Source of the DNA: Octopus bimaculoides
Lineage: Eukaryota
DNA length: 64,000 nucleotides
Direction of reading: 5' to 3'
NCBI RefSeq assembly: GCF_001194135.2
Contig: NC_068982.1
Location: 33,562,728-33,626,727, forward strand
In this document: positions 28,110 to 42,086 of the stretch, piece after piece
How the letters are laid out: every line of letters starts with the position of its first letter
Numbering within the stretch: position 1 is the stretch's first letter
The notes under the pieces: generated by a model
Told to the model about the DNA's origin: nothing
Database searches by the model: none
Seen by the model: only the letters and a program-made list of their open reading frames with translations
Made by a program: the position numbers and the translations under genes

Positions 28110-28745
28110 TGGCACTTAGGTTAGAAGATCATTGACAGCAGAAATGCCCACACTACTGCCAGAAAGATGGCCTTTGTTAAGGAGATAAAGTGGCTGAAGA
28201 AAAGACCCAAGAATAGCATTGGAATTATTTTCCACAGTTCATGACTGGGGAATGGAAGCTGATCTGGAGAAGGAGCTAAAATTTCCATTACAGACCTTAT
28301 TGAAACCAGATGGGATTTTAGTTTCTAAGACAACAGGACAACTAATTTTATTGGAGTCAACTGAACCCTGAGAGTAGAGGATGGAAGGGTACAAAAGAGG
28401 AAGAGAGCTAAGTATTAGGTGTTGATGAAGAGAACTGTTACAAAAGTGGGTGGGAGACCAGGTACTTGTCAGTGGATGTGAGCAGTTGAGGGTTTGCAGG
28501 TTGTTCTCTGAATAAAGTCTATAGAACCTGGGCATTACAAGAACAATCAGAAGAAGAGTTCCCAGGCTTCTGAGAAACCAGCTTGATGGGTCTGTTTGAG
28601 AAGAGGTCATCTGTAGTAGATCAGTAGAATGCTACTTGGATACAAGCCTAAGTTTGAACAATATAGGTTAGGTCACCCAGATATGTTGTAAGACCTGAAA
28701 CACTTAGTGACTCCAGGATACAAAACTGAAAATGTATCCAACTAT
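28110..28745 (+). mobile_element. HERO-like (restriction-like endonuclease) non-LTR retrotransposon 3' fragment
   Basis: With frameshifts: MAFVK…DWGMEADLEKELKFPLQTLLKPDGILVSKTTGQLILLESTEP*E*RME…CYKSGWETRYLSVDVSS*GFAGCSLNKVYR-LGIT. The 3' UTR-like agacctgaaacacttagtgactccaggatac follows. Confidence 0.7.
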
Positions 28746-29999
28746 TGCACCTGAAGATGTATGAATAACAATGGAATAGGTAGGCTGAATCGGCTGTATA
28801 CTCAAATATATACCAAAGCATTTTAGAATGGCAAGACCTCAGATACAAAATTTTATGTAACCTTTTCAATGTCACACTTTCAAATAAAATAGTAATTACT
28901 CTAATTTTATATATATAAGTTAGTAAGCAAGCAAGAAGGATCTTACATTAATGATTTCTCAAACTCATTAAATGTGACAGAAATTTATATAGGAATTTAT
29001 ATAAGAAAATTCAATAGAGCTGTACTTGGTTTATTTTTCTTATTTCCAACTAAAAAAAAACAATTCCCCATTCATGACTATGTAGGCTCTTTCCTTTCAG
29101 AACATATGGAAATTCAATATTTCCTTGTATTACTTTAATAAAAACAATACATTCAAATGTGAATAACCCTTTATAACATGCTACTGTAATTGAACAGTGC
29201 TTTATTGACTGATCATAACACATGTAACATGAGCTATATGTGTTTTCTCTTATTGTATAGTCAACAACAATGGTTTGATAGTTCAAACAATGTATAATCT
29301 ATTGCATGACCCTTATAACAACAAAATGAAGCTTTGTACATTGAACCTAGTAGAATATTACCATGTAGACTATGTTTTAATCCCTGAAATCTCTTGTCAG
29401 AAATATAAGGCTTAAGCATGCAGTGTTTGTGATTGACCAAGCTCTTCATCATAGTTACTGTTGTCATCGTCATCATTTAATGTCCATTTTTCAACACTTG
29501 CATGGATTAGACAGAATTTGTTGAGGTAGATTTGCTACAGCCAGATGCTCTTCCTGTCACGAACACTCACCTGTTTCCAAGTAAGGTATTATTTTCCCAT
29601 AGTTACACATGTTTTTATGAAAGACTGGAAATAAACAACCTTACTTGCATCATGATGATGATGCTCACAACCATCATCTAATGTCTAGACAAGGGCATGC
29701 ACAAACAGTGACACAAATACACACACACACGCACACATATATACAATGGGTTTCTTTCATTTTCCATCTACCTAATCCACCCACAAAGTTTTGGTCAGCC
29801 CAGGGCTATAATAGAAGACACTTGCCCAAGGTACCACCCAGTGGGACTAAACCCAAGACCACATGATTGGGAAGCAAGCTTCTTAACCACACAACCATGC
29901 CTGCAGCTATACAGATATTCATATAAAACAGTGGTTCTTAACTTGAGTGGCAGCACCACATTGGGTGGGGTGGGCATTGTGAGCTCACAAAGGGGTAGC

Positions 30000-31045
30000 A
30001 AATGTGAAGAGGGCACTTGGAGACACCACTATGAAAGGTTGCTAAATAAAGAGAATGGGAGAAAGAGAGTCTGCCTCTTGTCGACCCACCAGAGGGACCA
30101 ACTATCCGAATTGACAGTACCTTGGTACATAAAGCAATTGAGGATACGAAGACAGGGAAAGCCCTCGCCCATCAGGAATAACCGCTGAGATGCTTAAAAT
30201 ATCTGGCGGTGTAGGCTAAAGTCTAGTCCCCCGTATAGTTAACCAGGTGATACACAAAGGAGTCATACCCAATGATTGGTATAGCAGCACCATAGTCAAA
30301 TGCTACAGAGGTAAAGGTGACACCTTAGATAGAAATAATTACAGAGGTATCAAATTGTTGGATCAGGTGATGAAAGTCACAAAGAGGGTCATAAACCAAG
30401 TAATTAAGGAGAGCGTTAGTGTAGATGAGATGCAGTTCAGGTTTGTGCCAGGAAGAAGCACCACTGATGTTATATTTCTGGTAAGACAGCTGCAGGAGAA
30501 ATTCCTAGCCAAGGCAATGACAAACAACCAAGACACCTTAGGAGATATGCCATGCTTGAGAAGACCTGGCAAGCCAAGTGAGATCGCAGTCGTGGGCAAT
30601 GCTAGTTTTACATAACTGGCCTGTTTAAAAGCACCCTTCAATCACTGGCATATGCCGTGCTTGAAGACCTTTTGAACCAGGTGAAATCGTAGTTGTGGCC
30701 AATGCCTGTGCCACCTGACTGGCATCTGTGCCAGTGGCACATAAAAGGTACCATTTGAGCATGGCCAATGCCAGTGCCGCCCAACTGGCTCCTGTGCCAG
30801 TGGTATGTAAAATGCACCCACTGCCCTCTTGGAGTAGTTGGCATTAGGAAGGGCATCCAGCTGTAGAAATTTTGCCAAATCAGATTGGAGCCTGGTGCAG
30901 CCTGGTGCAGCCTGGTGCAGCCTGGTGCAGCCTGGTGCAGCCTGGTGCAGCCTGGTGTAGCCTCCTGGCCTACCAATTCTCAGTCAAACTATCCATCCCA
31001 TGCCAGCATAGAAAGCAGACGTTAAACAATGATGATGATGATGAT
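30000..31045 (+). mobile_element. RTE LINE, internally deleted (RT jumps to the 3' tail near 30515)
   Basis: WRHHYERLLNKEN…GVIPNDWYSSTIVKCYRGKGDTLDRNNYRGIKLLDQVMK…LQEKFLAK joins directly to gcaatgacaaac (tail). Ends in (GAT)n. Confidence 0.9.
30891..30960 (+). repeat. 10-bp tandem repeat (cctggtgcag) x7 expanded within an RTE tail
   Basis: Six perfect copies and one variant. Other tails, such as 1997-2007, have a single unit. Confidence 0.95.
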
Positions 31046-31955
31046 GTCTTCTTTAGTAATGTCCATAAAGGTATAACACGGGGGTTAGTAGTTCATACAA
31101 ACATCTAAAATGAAGCAAATATTGTTTGGGATAGATTGAAAAAATGTAGATAATAAACCGCTCCACAAAATCAGCTTCTGTTTCATTAACCCTTTTGATA
31201 CCACTCTGGCCATGACCACGCCTGGTTCTTTGATAGAATTCTCCCATTTTAAAGTGATCTAAATTAAAATCTTCCATTAAAATTTCATATCAATTTATTC
31301 CAAACACTAGCTGAATAATAGCAAAGGTATTATAAACTAAATACCGACCCTTTCTAATGAATTACAGGCATTCATTTTGTTGAACCCAGAAGAAATACAG
31401 ACACAGCTTGACTGAATGGGTAAGAAGTTCACTTTATAATTAACAGATCTGTGGTTCAATCCCACTGCCTGGCATCCAGGACAAGAAGCATTTATCAAAA
31501 CCTCACAAATTAAAATGAGTAAACAGAAACTATGCAGAAGCCTGTCAAATGGATTGTACCTGTAATTTAACCATTTTCATAACAACCTGTCTGAAACCAT
31601 TCTAGGTGGTGCCCTAGCATGGCCACAGTCCAAAGACTGAAACAAGTAAAAGATAAATGATGAAAGATCTCATTAGAATTCCAAGTATCTTAGAGAGAAA
31701 TGCATGCAATAATGGTTATGTTTTAGATACTGCATGAACAACTGCCGAAACTAATGTCAATGTGACCACAGTAAGAATATGAATAGCAGAAGTGATTTCA
31801 GAGGAAAATTAACTGAAGAATCATTATCAAGGACAGAGTTAGTTGGGAAAGACAGAAACTGTTGTAATATACATGTAAGTTTTATAATGATGGTGAGGAT
31901 GATGGGTAACAATCACTACTGTCATGGTAACAATGGAAATGAAGAGAAGAGGAGG

Positions 31956-31986
<31 letters not shown>

Positions 31987-32738
31987 GAAAAAGAAAAACT
32001 AGTTAAAGCATGTAAAACTAAAAGTATATTAGAAATAATAAAAGAAAAATAAGACAAGAACGAAAGAAAGAACAAAAGAAAAACAAAGAAAGGAAGAAAG
32101 ATAGAAAGAATAAAATAAAATAAAGAATGAAAAGAAAGAAAAGGAAAGAAAGAAAAGGAAAGAAAGAAAGAAAGAAAACAAGGTTATAAAATCCAATGCT
32201 AACAAGAAGAAGAAAAAAATTACATGAAATATTTTGGAAGCATTTATAGAAAGTGAAATATATCTTAATATTTCTTTGCTGTCTAGATCTTGTGTGGCAT
32301 TAACTTAATTTTAAGTAAGAATATATTTATATGCTTAACCTTTGTCTAAAATATAATTTGTGAGATAACCCACCTGCCCCACCACTACTCCCAAAGAAAC
32401 ATACAAGTCTGACAATTGAAATGCCAGGATATTAACTTTGTTGGGTTGCATCAAGATCTGGTGCCATCAGAAACACTCAATGATTAGCTAATGTATCACT
32501 TACCCAAACAGTTTATATATCAGCTGATATCTGGATATATTCATAAATCCATTTGATTGTGTACCTCAGCTGCTAAGGACAAGGAAGCCATTTTTGATTG
32601 GTGACAACATCATTTTCTTCATGATGGCATCAAGGTAAAGATATTTTCATCAAAATAGATCTGAACTTAGAGTTCAGAAATGTTTCAGCTATCTTTAGAT
32701 TTGTTTACATTAAAGTACATGTGTGTGTATTTACACAT

Positions 32739-33067
32739 ACAGGTGAGTACATAAGTGCAAAACAAGGTGGTAAAAATAGTACTCGAATACCAAAGGCAGA
32801 GCAATTTGCTTTTATTAAAGCTGCAAAGCAAAATCATCACAAAACTCAGAGTTTCATGTTCCAGTTCATTAGACAGTTGTGATGAAAATGGCTGCCATGT
32901 AAACAATGTCATTTTTCTCATGCGATATAGTGGTGTGGCAAAATTTGACTTGTGCATATTAATTTCCATTATGTTCTTAATATTGTATCAAAATTGCATG
33001 CATTTATTTGTAAAGTTAAGGAAATTATTAAAAATTGAAACCCATCAGTGACTTTTGGGACACTCTG
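32739..33067 (+). mobile_element. Tc1/mariner-like remnant
   Basis: Right end gacttttgggacactctg|ta is TIR-like; the left end is degenerate. Internal CDENGCHVNNV resembles a transposase tail. Confidence 0.45.
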
Positions 33068-33584
33068 TATATAAACAGACAGACAGACAGACAGACAGAC
33101 AAATCCCAGCTGCATGGCTTTGGGTTCAGATTGTAATCTTCCCTGAAAACATGTCCAGCCATGAAGAAAAATTACCTCACTTGGAAACAAGTGAGGTTTG
33201 ACAACAGGAAGAGCATCCAGCCTGAAAAGATGTGCCTCAATGGATTCCATGCAACCCATGTAAGTATGGAAAAGTAGGCATTGAAATGATGAATGATGAT
33301 GATGAATCGACTGAAATACATGCCACAAACTAAAAATTATACACCATAACTAAAATGTGTATAAAACTGGTGTTAATTATAAAGTGTGTTGATGAGTATG
33401 GAAATAAACAATATGTAAAGTTGTCAACTTACGGACAGTGTCTTCATGTACATTAGTAGTTGCTATGGAAATTGCTCCATTTCTGTTTCTATGAACAACA
33501 ACACCATCGCGCTCAAATTTCATACTCTCAGACTTCATCAAAGTTCTGGTATTTCTAAATAAAAATAAATAAATAGACAACAAC

Positions 33585-33653
<69 letters not shown>

Positions 33654-33654
33654 G

Positions 33655-33950
33655 AGAAAGAAGAAAAAACTGAACAACTACAATGATTTGAAGGTTGTGG
33701 TCAATGAGAAGAGTATACCAACAGTAATCGGCACACTTGGAAGTATCAGCACTCAACTACCAACATGACTCAAAAAGACTGGTACAAATATAAAGGTAGA
33801 ACACCTATGGAAATCAGCATTGCTTGGAACTGCAAGAATTTTTCATGGGGTTCTCAAAACAAGTGCACTTTAGACTGCCTGCTATGGACAGCTGACACTT
33901 TCTGTCACACCCAGCAAAATAAGCTGAGAGTTTCCATCAAATAATAATAA
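33655..33950 (+). mobile_element. Dong/R4-like RLE retrotransposon 3' end
   Basis: EKLNNYNDLK…IPTVIGTLGS…VEHLWKSALLGTARIFHGVL. Flanked by (AAT)n on both sides. Confidence 0.7.
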
Positions 33951-34174
33951 TGGCTTCAAATTTTGGCCAGAATTTCAGAGAAGGGGTAAGTCGATTACAT
34001 CAACTTCAGTGTTCAACTGTAACTTATTTTATTGATCTTGAAAAGATGAAAGACAAAATCGACCTCAACAGAATTTGAATTCAAGACATAAAGACAGATG
34101 AGATGCTGCTAAGAATTATGCCTGGTATGCTAACAACTCTGCCAGCTTACTGACTTAATAATAAGGTAAAAATA

Positions 34175-34600
34175 TCACTATCCTCTGGGATTTTCCAGTC
34201 AACACTGACAGAACAATCCAGGCTAATCGACCAAACATAATTATTAAAGACAGGGAAGAAAATACTTATAGACTACTAGATGTTAAGTGTTCCCACTGAT
34301 AAAAATACATCTGTAAAGGAATTTGACAAAGATAACATCCCAGGAGAACCATGTCTCAGAGAAATCCAAAAGATTGTGCTGACAAGTACTGTCCACATCC
34401 TTAGAAAAACCCTATCAATTTAAATGTCTGGGTTGTATCACATAGAGATATTTCACTACTGCCCTTGTCACTTACCCTCCCCAAGCTTTTAGTTATACTG
34501 TAACATCTATTATCCTTCATTTGCCCTGGGGTGCTGAGTGTTTCAGCAAGTGATTGCGACAAACATGTAGATTAAAAGTAAATAACAACAATAATCATTC
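34175..34600 (+). mobile_element. Dong/R4-like RLE fragment with an internal deletion
   Basis: LWDFPVNTDRTIQANRPNIIIKDREENTYRLLDV…TDKNTSVKEFDK…EIQKIVLTSTVHILRKTLSI*. Confidence 0.75.
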
Positions 34601-35688
34601 TCATAGATACTGCCCACATCCTAAGAAAACACTGTCAACCCAAAAATATCTGAATTTTTTTTAATTCTTTCAAAATCACAAATATTCCAACGAATTTTTA
34701 ACAAAACCTTAATTTTTTCAGTATTCGGTCTCCTTTATCGGAAATATATCATTGATATTCATAGATAACCTCCAAAGTTAAACATCCACCTTGCTGTTAC
34801 TTGAGGTCTATGGGTGAGACTTTGAACTGCTTGTATAAAACAAAGCAACAACAACAACAACAGATGATGATGAAGACACACACACACACACACACAGCAA
34901 CAGCACTCTTAAGTAAATATTTTCAGGAAACAAGATAGTATCAGAAAGTTCTGGGACCAGGTTTAAAAGGAAAATACACCATTCCTTCATATATTATTTA
35001 CATTTGGGCATGTTACTCCTGATCAAGTAGGCCTACAATCAAAATATTCTCCAACAATACATCTTGCTTTTGTAAGGCATGATATATCTAGGGTTACATT
35101 AGTTAATGTGTCCATTCTTTCTTTGAGATGAAGAAAATATGATCTAAGTGAGAAATTTAGCTACTATTTTTAACAGGTTACCTGATCTCATAGAAACTGC
35201 ATATTTTTTTTTGTTAAGGAAGATTTACAAGAAAATGTATAGTGTAGTATTTTACAAGACATTTTACTCTGAATTGATTAAAAAACAAGCTAATATGAAA
35301 ACAAGCCAGCAACTGCTAAAACTATAATCTACATAACTTTTATTTATATATTACTTGGATGGTACATATCCATATATTAAATTCCTAACTAGATCTACTG
35401 TTACATACTGTAGCCTAAGGTGTTGTATGATAGCAAAAAAAACATACTCATAAAAATTTAGTGCAATTTTGCATCATGTAACATTGAGCAGGCCAATAGA
35501 GATAGACCAAAATGTAATAAAACCAGACAAATTTATTTTTAATTTTCATATCATATATATGTTGCCTCTAAGGAAGTTATGTAATGAAAAATCCCAATGG
35601 TTTTTGTTTTCTCATTGGTTTCAGTCATTGGACATTGGCCAATGCTGTGGTACCAACTTCAAGGGTTCTTAGTTGATCATACTGAAGC

Positions 35689-35727
<39 letters not shown>

Positions 35728-37059
35728 TCTGATATTCTTATCAATTTCATTTAGCTGAATGATTGAGTTATGCTCTGACCATAAAGGGATGCATAACATG
35801 GACACAAATGCAAGCAAACAGGTCTATATATGTGATTAAGAAGTTTCTTTCTCAAACATGTAGTTAAAGGTTCAATCCTACTGTGCTGCAGCCTGGGCAC
35901 ATCATCTCTTACTTGAGCTGCAAGCTGGCAAATCTTTTGTCTGAGAATTTTGGAGGCAAAAACAGTATGAAGACTGTTGAACGTGTGTGTGTGTGTGTGT
36001 GTCTGTCTGTCTGTGTGTGTGTGCACATGCAAGCACGCACACATGTGCACACACGCATGTATGTGTGCATGAGTGTGTGTTTATCTATGTAAATGTTTAC
36101 AATCTACCCTGAGCTACAATCACAAAAAACATCAATTTCCCCACCCAAATTTGCACCAGAAAACTGAAGCAATACAATATTTGAAAAGAGATGAAAAATC
36201 AAAACACTATAATTAGAATAAAATTTAATCAATAATTAATCATCATATGCAGAGTGAACAGCAAGAATGAAAGCAATAATTTGCATATTTATTCTTCATA
36301 TGTTCTAGCAGATTTGAACTTGAGTATGCTAATCACTGCTGTTTCATCACAGGAGAACAACTTCTTTATGATGAATGTGTTCATAACACTGTGACTCCCA
36401 GTGTTTCAACATAATTGTGTCTTATCAGGACTACTGAATCTAAGTGGAGTTCATGGCTTTTGTTTATAACACCAGCAAACTAATTAAGGTATTAATTCAA
36501 ACTTCATTTAGTTTCAGTGTGATCAAAATTAATATTTCTTTTGTATTACATATAAGCTCCTTTTTCTAAATTTATAAATTTCATAAATATTTAATGTGGA
36601 GTAGCACTGAATCTCCTCTTACTCTCCTCCCTATTACTGACTTTCTCTCACTAATCCCTAATGCTACTCTTTCCCTCTCCCTTCTATTTCTCCTTCTCTC
36701 ACAATGCCTCTCAGTCTCTCTACTAACAGCTTCTCAGCAAACTAAACCTGTTCTTCCCATCATATGTTAACTTTTCAATATCTCACAGATGAACCCAATA
36801 CACTGTAACGTGGTTGGTAAAACATGCAGAGATAATACTGGACTGAGAAGAGAACCTTTATAGTGCAGGTACAGTACAAAAACAGAAATGTACCCAGTAC
36901 AACCTGTTAAATGATTTCTACTATGAAGGACATTCATGCCAAAACTGAGACATTGGAGCAACACATGGTTCACCCAACTTATTGGATACTGTCAAATCAA
37001 CCAATACATGTCAACAAGGAAAGTAAAGATAAAATGATGATGATAATGATGATGATTAC

Positions 37060-37281
37060 ACCTTTAGCATTTAAACTAGCCATATCCAACCCAAAATATT
37101 TTGCCTGTTATGTTCAAAGTGGCCAGATCTGACCGCTTACACCTATCCTACAATGTCATTATAAAAATAAACAGTCAATCATCAAAATTTCAGAGCTATA
37201 TGATAATGCAGGATTAATTCGAAACAATATGAATGAATAAATAAGCATTACATTTGACAAAATAATCTGAATATTAAAGGG
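37060..37281. mobile_element. piggyBac-type MITE, second family; further copies at about 13395-13594 and 50085-50235
   Basis: cctttagcatttaaactagccatatcc…aataatctgaatattaaaggg with the shared interior. Confidence 0.65.
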
Positions 37282-39029
37282 TCAAGTTAGGTTTCATAAA
37301 TGGATCAAATTAAACATGTATTATTTTATTCATTTGAACAAACAATATTAATGCAAATGCATCTGTCCGCCATAGCATCAGTACAGATACAGCCTTTTAC
37401 ATTCTGAGTTCAAATCCCACCAAGAGCATCTTTGACTGGTGCTTAGTTTGTTGCACCTCTGATTCCCAGAAGAATGAAAGGCAAATACTGAGATCAATAT
37501 ACTCCACTAGCCCCTCTTTCCAAATTTCTGGCCCTGGGCCTCTGTAAGAAAATGAAGGAAGTTGGATCGGCAGAACTGTTAAAGAATCAGTCGAAATGCT
37601 TTGTATTAAGTTATGGCCCCTTATTTTCTAAGTTCAAATACCACGAAAGTCAATTTTCCTTTCATGCTTTGTAGGTCAATAGTATGAAATACTAGTCAAG
37701 TACTGGGACTGGTACAATCAACTGGTACAATCAACTGCTACACTCCTTACAAATATATGGTCCTGTAGCTTATGCTAGTAATTATTGTTGTTGTTACGTC
37801 CAACCCATGCTAGCATGGAAAGCGGACGTTAAACGACGATGATGATGATGATGATGATGTTATTGATAATGAACAAGCAGCTGCAGCAAGGATCCAGAGA
37901 AGAATTTGATTCTGAGGCCACATGATAAGATTGTTTCTTTTTTCTGTTTGTTTTCTTTTCATCAACAAAGGGATTTAAGATATTTAAATATGCACTCCAT
38001 TCCTCTGGAGAGGGGAAAATAAGGTTTGTTTTTGAGACATATTTTTATATTTTTGCCAGACATTGTTTTGTAGTAATTCAATACAGTTTCTCCTTGGAAA
38101 GTGGGATGAGAATGCCAGCCACAAATGTAATAGCAACAGAAATGTACCCAAAGAAAATTTTAGAAACAGACAATTTTTTTTTTTTAAACCAGCAGACAGA
38201 AAGGAAAATGATGACAACTGAACAAGCAGACACAAGTAAGAATACAGACATTTTCATTTCGATAAATACAAATAGAAGGAAAAAAAAATGCTGACAGCTA
38301 AAACTATAACAAAACTAACAACAGTTTTGCTGGTGTTGTGAGCTAGAAAAAGAAAATGGACATGGGTCAACTGCAGCAAAAGAAAAATGTAGGAGAAGTA
38401 TGTCACAAAAACAGTGCTTCTTTGACAGGACAATTTAAGAAGCAAGGACAAAAGGAAAAGTGATGTATCTTTTGTTTTTTCTAAAAACATAGTGAGTTTA
38501 CCCTCAAAGTTGTTGGAAGAAACCCTGACCGATGTATGGCACAATGTATACTCCATCAAGTGAGGTTGAGTGTATTTGTATATATAGTATATATATATAT
38601 ATTGTTGTTATTAGTTAATGTTTTGAGAAGAAAAGTGTATGGCTAGTGCTGTAGTATATGAGGGGAGGAAACTCACAGACCACAACCAGAGATATTGGTA
38701 TGCATTTGCAGTATATATATAGTATGGCAAGGTAGTGAGCATGGAAGTAACAACACACATGCTGTAGGGTAAGGTTTACATGGATATTCAGCATATGGTG
38801 GGCCTCAAATATCACAAGGTTACCTAAGAGTTATACTACACAGCAGGAGCAATGAGAAAGGCAATCAGATAAATGGGATAAAGCAGAAAGCCTAGCTACT
38901 ACACATGTAGGAGCAAGAACCACTTGAAAGCTGTCTGTTGGAGGAGGATGAAAAAGGATGGAAGGCAACAACAACTGTAAATTCCAGAAGCTGCTATTCC
39001 TAGAGCAATAATATGGCCTTTGTGGCAAA

Positions 39030-40331
39030 TAAGCAAGACAATCATTGTTATTAATAACAGCAGGGTTTGAACTTTTTGTGTTGAGTTCAAATCCTGCCTT
39101 TTATCCTTCAGGAGTAGATAAAATAAATTACCAGTCAAGTATGGGGTTGACAAATGCCAACTCCTCAAAACCACTGGCCTTGTGCCTAAATTAGAAATCA
39201 TTATAATAATTTACAATAATTGTTAGAGCTTTGGACAAAATGCCTGACAGTTTTTCTTCTGACTCATTATAGTCTAAGTTTAAATTCCTCCAGGGTCAAC
39301 TTCGCTTTTCATCTCTCCAAAATTGATACAATAAATTTCCAATCAAATAAAATACCAATCAAATATTGGGGGTTGATGTAATAGACTTACCCACTTCCCT
39401 CAAAATTGTCGGTCTTCTTGCCAAAATTAGATATTATTAGTGTTACTATTATTAAAGGCAGCAAGCTAGTAGACTTGTTAGCATGCTGGGCAAAATGCCT
39501 AGTGGTTTTCTGTCCATCACTATGCTCTGAGTTCAAATTCTGCCAAGGTCAACTTTGTCTTTCATCCTTTCAAGGTCAATAAATTAAGCACCAGTGAAAC
39601 AGTGGGGTCAACGTAATCAATTAGACCCTTCCCCATAAAATTTGAGGTCTTCTGCCTCCAGTACAACGGATTATTATTATTATTATTATTATTATTTGTG
39701 CCAGATTTTGAAATCATTATTATTGTTATTTTTATTATCTACCCAACTCCCCTGAAATTGCTGGCCTTGTGCCAGATTTTGAAATCATTATTATCATTAT
39801 TATTATTATTCAGGCAGTGGGTTGACAGAATTGTTAGCACGGCAAGCAAAATACTTAATGATATTTTGTCCGTCTTTACATTGTGAGTTCAAATTTTGCC
39901 AAGGTCAATTTTGCCAAGGTCAATTTTGCCTTTCATCCTTTTGGGGGTAGATAAAACAAGTACCAGTTGAATACTGAGGTCAAAGTAATTAACTTACCCC
40001 CTCCCTCAAACTTGCTGACTTTGTGCCAACACTTGAAATCATCATCATTATTGTTATTACTAGCTGTCCCCCCCCCCCGTACAATCAAGAACGACAGCTA
40101 ATTGTAGTGTTTTATAAATAAATATGGATGGTAAATCAAATTAATAGACTTGTCAATGTTATCTAGAGGTTATCTTTACACACACACATACACACACACA
40201 CACACAAGCATTCACATTTCCCTTTCACATACACACACATATACTCACACAGAGTTGAAACGCTCTCACTACCAGTTTGCCATCACCCTTTCGTTTCTTA
40301 TTCATATGTTGCGCGAGTATTGTTATAGTAG

Positions 40332-40382
<51 letters not shown>

Positions 40383-40770
40383 GCTACATTCTAAGTTCAA
40401 ATTCTGCCATGGTTGACTTTGCCTTTCATTCTTTCAAGGTCAATAAATTAAGTACCAGTGAAACACTGGAGTCAATGTAATTAACTAGTCCCCTCCCTGC
40501 AAATTTCAGGCCTTGTGCCTTTAGCAGAAAGAATGATTATTATTATTATTATTATTATTATCATTATCATCATCATTAAGGTAACAAACTGGCAGAATCA
40601 TTAACATGTTGGAGAAAATGTAGATCAGCATTTCTTTAGATTCTGAGTTCAAATCCTGCCGAGATCAACTTTGCCTATCATCCTTTCAGCCTCGATAAAA
40701 TGAGTACCAACTGAGCAGGGGGAGGGGGGCAACTTACCCCCTCTCCTAAATGTGCTGGCCTTATATCAAC
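39030..40770 (+). mobile_element. Array of about 6 same-orientation SINE family B copies separated by (ATT)n
   Basis: Recurring gagttcaaattc…aggtcaactttgcctttcatcctt…aagtaccag…ggccttgtgcc units. Confidence 0.85.
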
Positions 40771-40817
40771 ATAAGAACTACTACTACTACTACTATTTAT
40801 ATCTCTATATATCACTC

Positions 40818-40910
<93 letters not shown>

Positions 40911-41654
40911 TTGTTTACTTGGCGATATATGTATCTTTCAGGGTAAGAATTTTGCTGCTTTTTGAGAGTTGGCAAATTTGATGATCCAACAAAACACAGG
41001 CCGGTCCTGCAAGTCCCAAGGGTTCTGGATTAGCAGAACAATGCTGTAATTTGAACAGGTTATGTTTGAGATGAGGGGGAATATCAACTGGGAGTGTAGG
41101 AACAGAGAAGTGTGAAATCACAAACATACAACCATACACACAAATAAAAACTCAGAGAGAGACAGACAGACAAACAAACAGACAGTCAGCTAGGGACAGA
41201 CAGACACATAAACAGAGAGTGAAGGAGTGAGAGAGGGTGAGAAAGAGATTCTAGAACCTTCAGTAATGTTACATGATGCAAAAATATGCTTCATTTTACA
41301 AGAGGGTTATACAATCTCTCAAATAGGCTCTCAAGGAATCATTTCTCAAAAGAAAGACTAATAAGTCAGCTATTTTTGCAAGCTGGCCATTGATGAGACA
41401 CCCTAGCAAATGAATCAAGCAAGTTGAACAAGCTGGTTTCCCATGCCACTTAACAGAATGAAAGATTTCTAAAGAGTCTGTCCTAAATACTGTGCTTATG
41501 TTATTAGTTTATTACATTCATGCCCAGTTTTAATTCCTATTTAGATAGGTCCACTTTACTTCAATCACAAATGCTACTAGGAAATCCATCAATGCCACAA
41601 CTTACTATTTTCTTTCTTAAATAAAGAAAAAAAAAAGAGTGGCTTATATATAGG

Positions 41655-42045
41655 TGCAAGTGTGGTTGTGTGGTAAGAAGCTTGCTTCCCAACCACATGA
41701 TTCTGGGTTCAGTCCTACAGCGTGGCACCTTGGGCAAGTGTCTTCTACTATAGCCTCAAGTCAACCAAGGTCTTGTGAGTGGATTTGGTAGACGGAAACT
41801 GAAAGAAGCTTATCATATGTATGTATGTTTGTGTGCCTGTGTTTATGCCCCCCAACCCCACCCATCGCTTGACAACTGATGTTGGTGTGTTTATGTCCAC
41901 ATAACTCAGCAATTCAGCAAAACAGACCAATAGAATAAGTACTAGGCTTATAAACAAATAAAGAATAAGTCCTGGGTTTGGTTTGTTCAACTAAAGGCTG
42001 TGCTCCAGCATGGCCACAGTCAAATGACTGAAACAAGTAAAAGAA
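41655..42045 (+). mobile_element. tRNA-derived SINE family A, best-preserved copy (more than 15 copies in the window)
   Basis: Head gtgtggtaagaagcttgcttcccaaccacatgattctgggttcagtcc (A/B-box-like), then ggcaccttgggcaagtgtcttctactatagc, tail ccagcatggccacagtc…aaacaagtaaaaga. Confidence 0.85.
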
Positions 42046-42086
42046 TATATATATNNNNNNNNNNGGGGGGGGGGAGGGGGTTATGC

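Noticed and set aside
40055-40130. actagctgtccccc as a second Helitron 3' end
   Set aside because: No hairpin or matching 5' end was found.
40915-41092. Minus-strand exon candidate DIPPHLKHNLFKLQHC…
   Set aside because: Phase 1 in and 2 out cannot bridge the phase 2 to 1 gap, the donor is weak and the peptide is unrecognised.
41655-41730. tRNA gene
   Set aside because: The A/B-box-like head continues into a SINE body found in many copies, with no cloverleaf.
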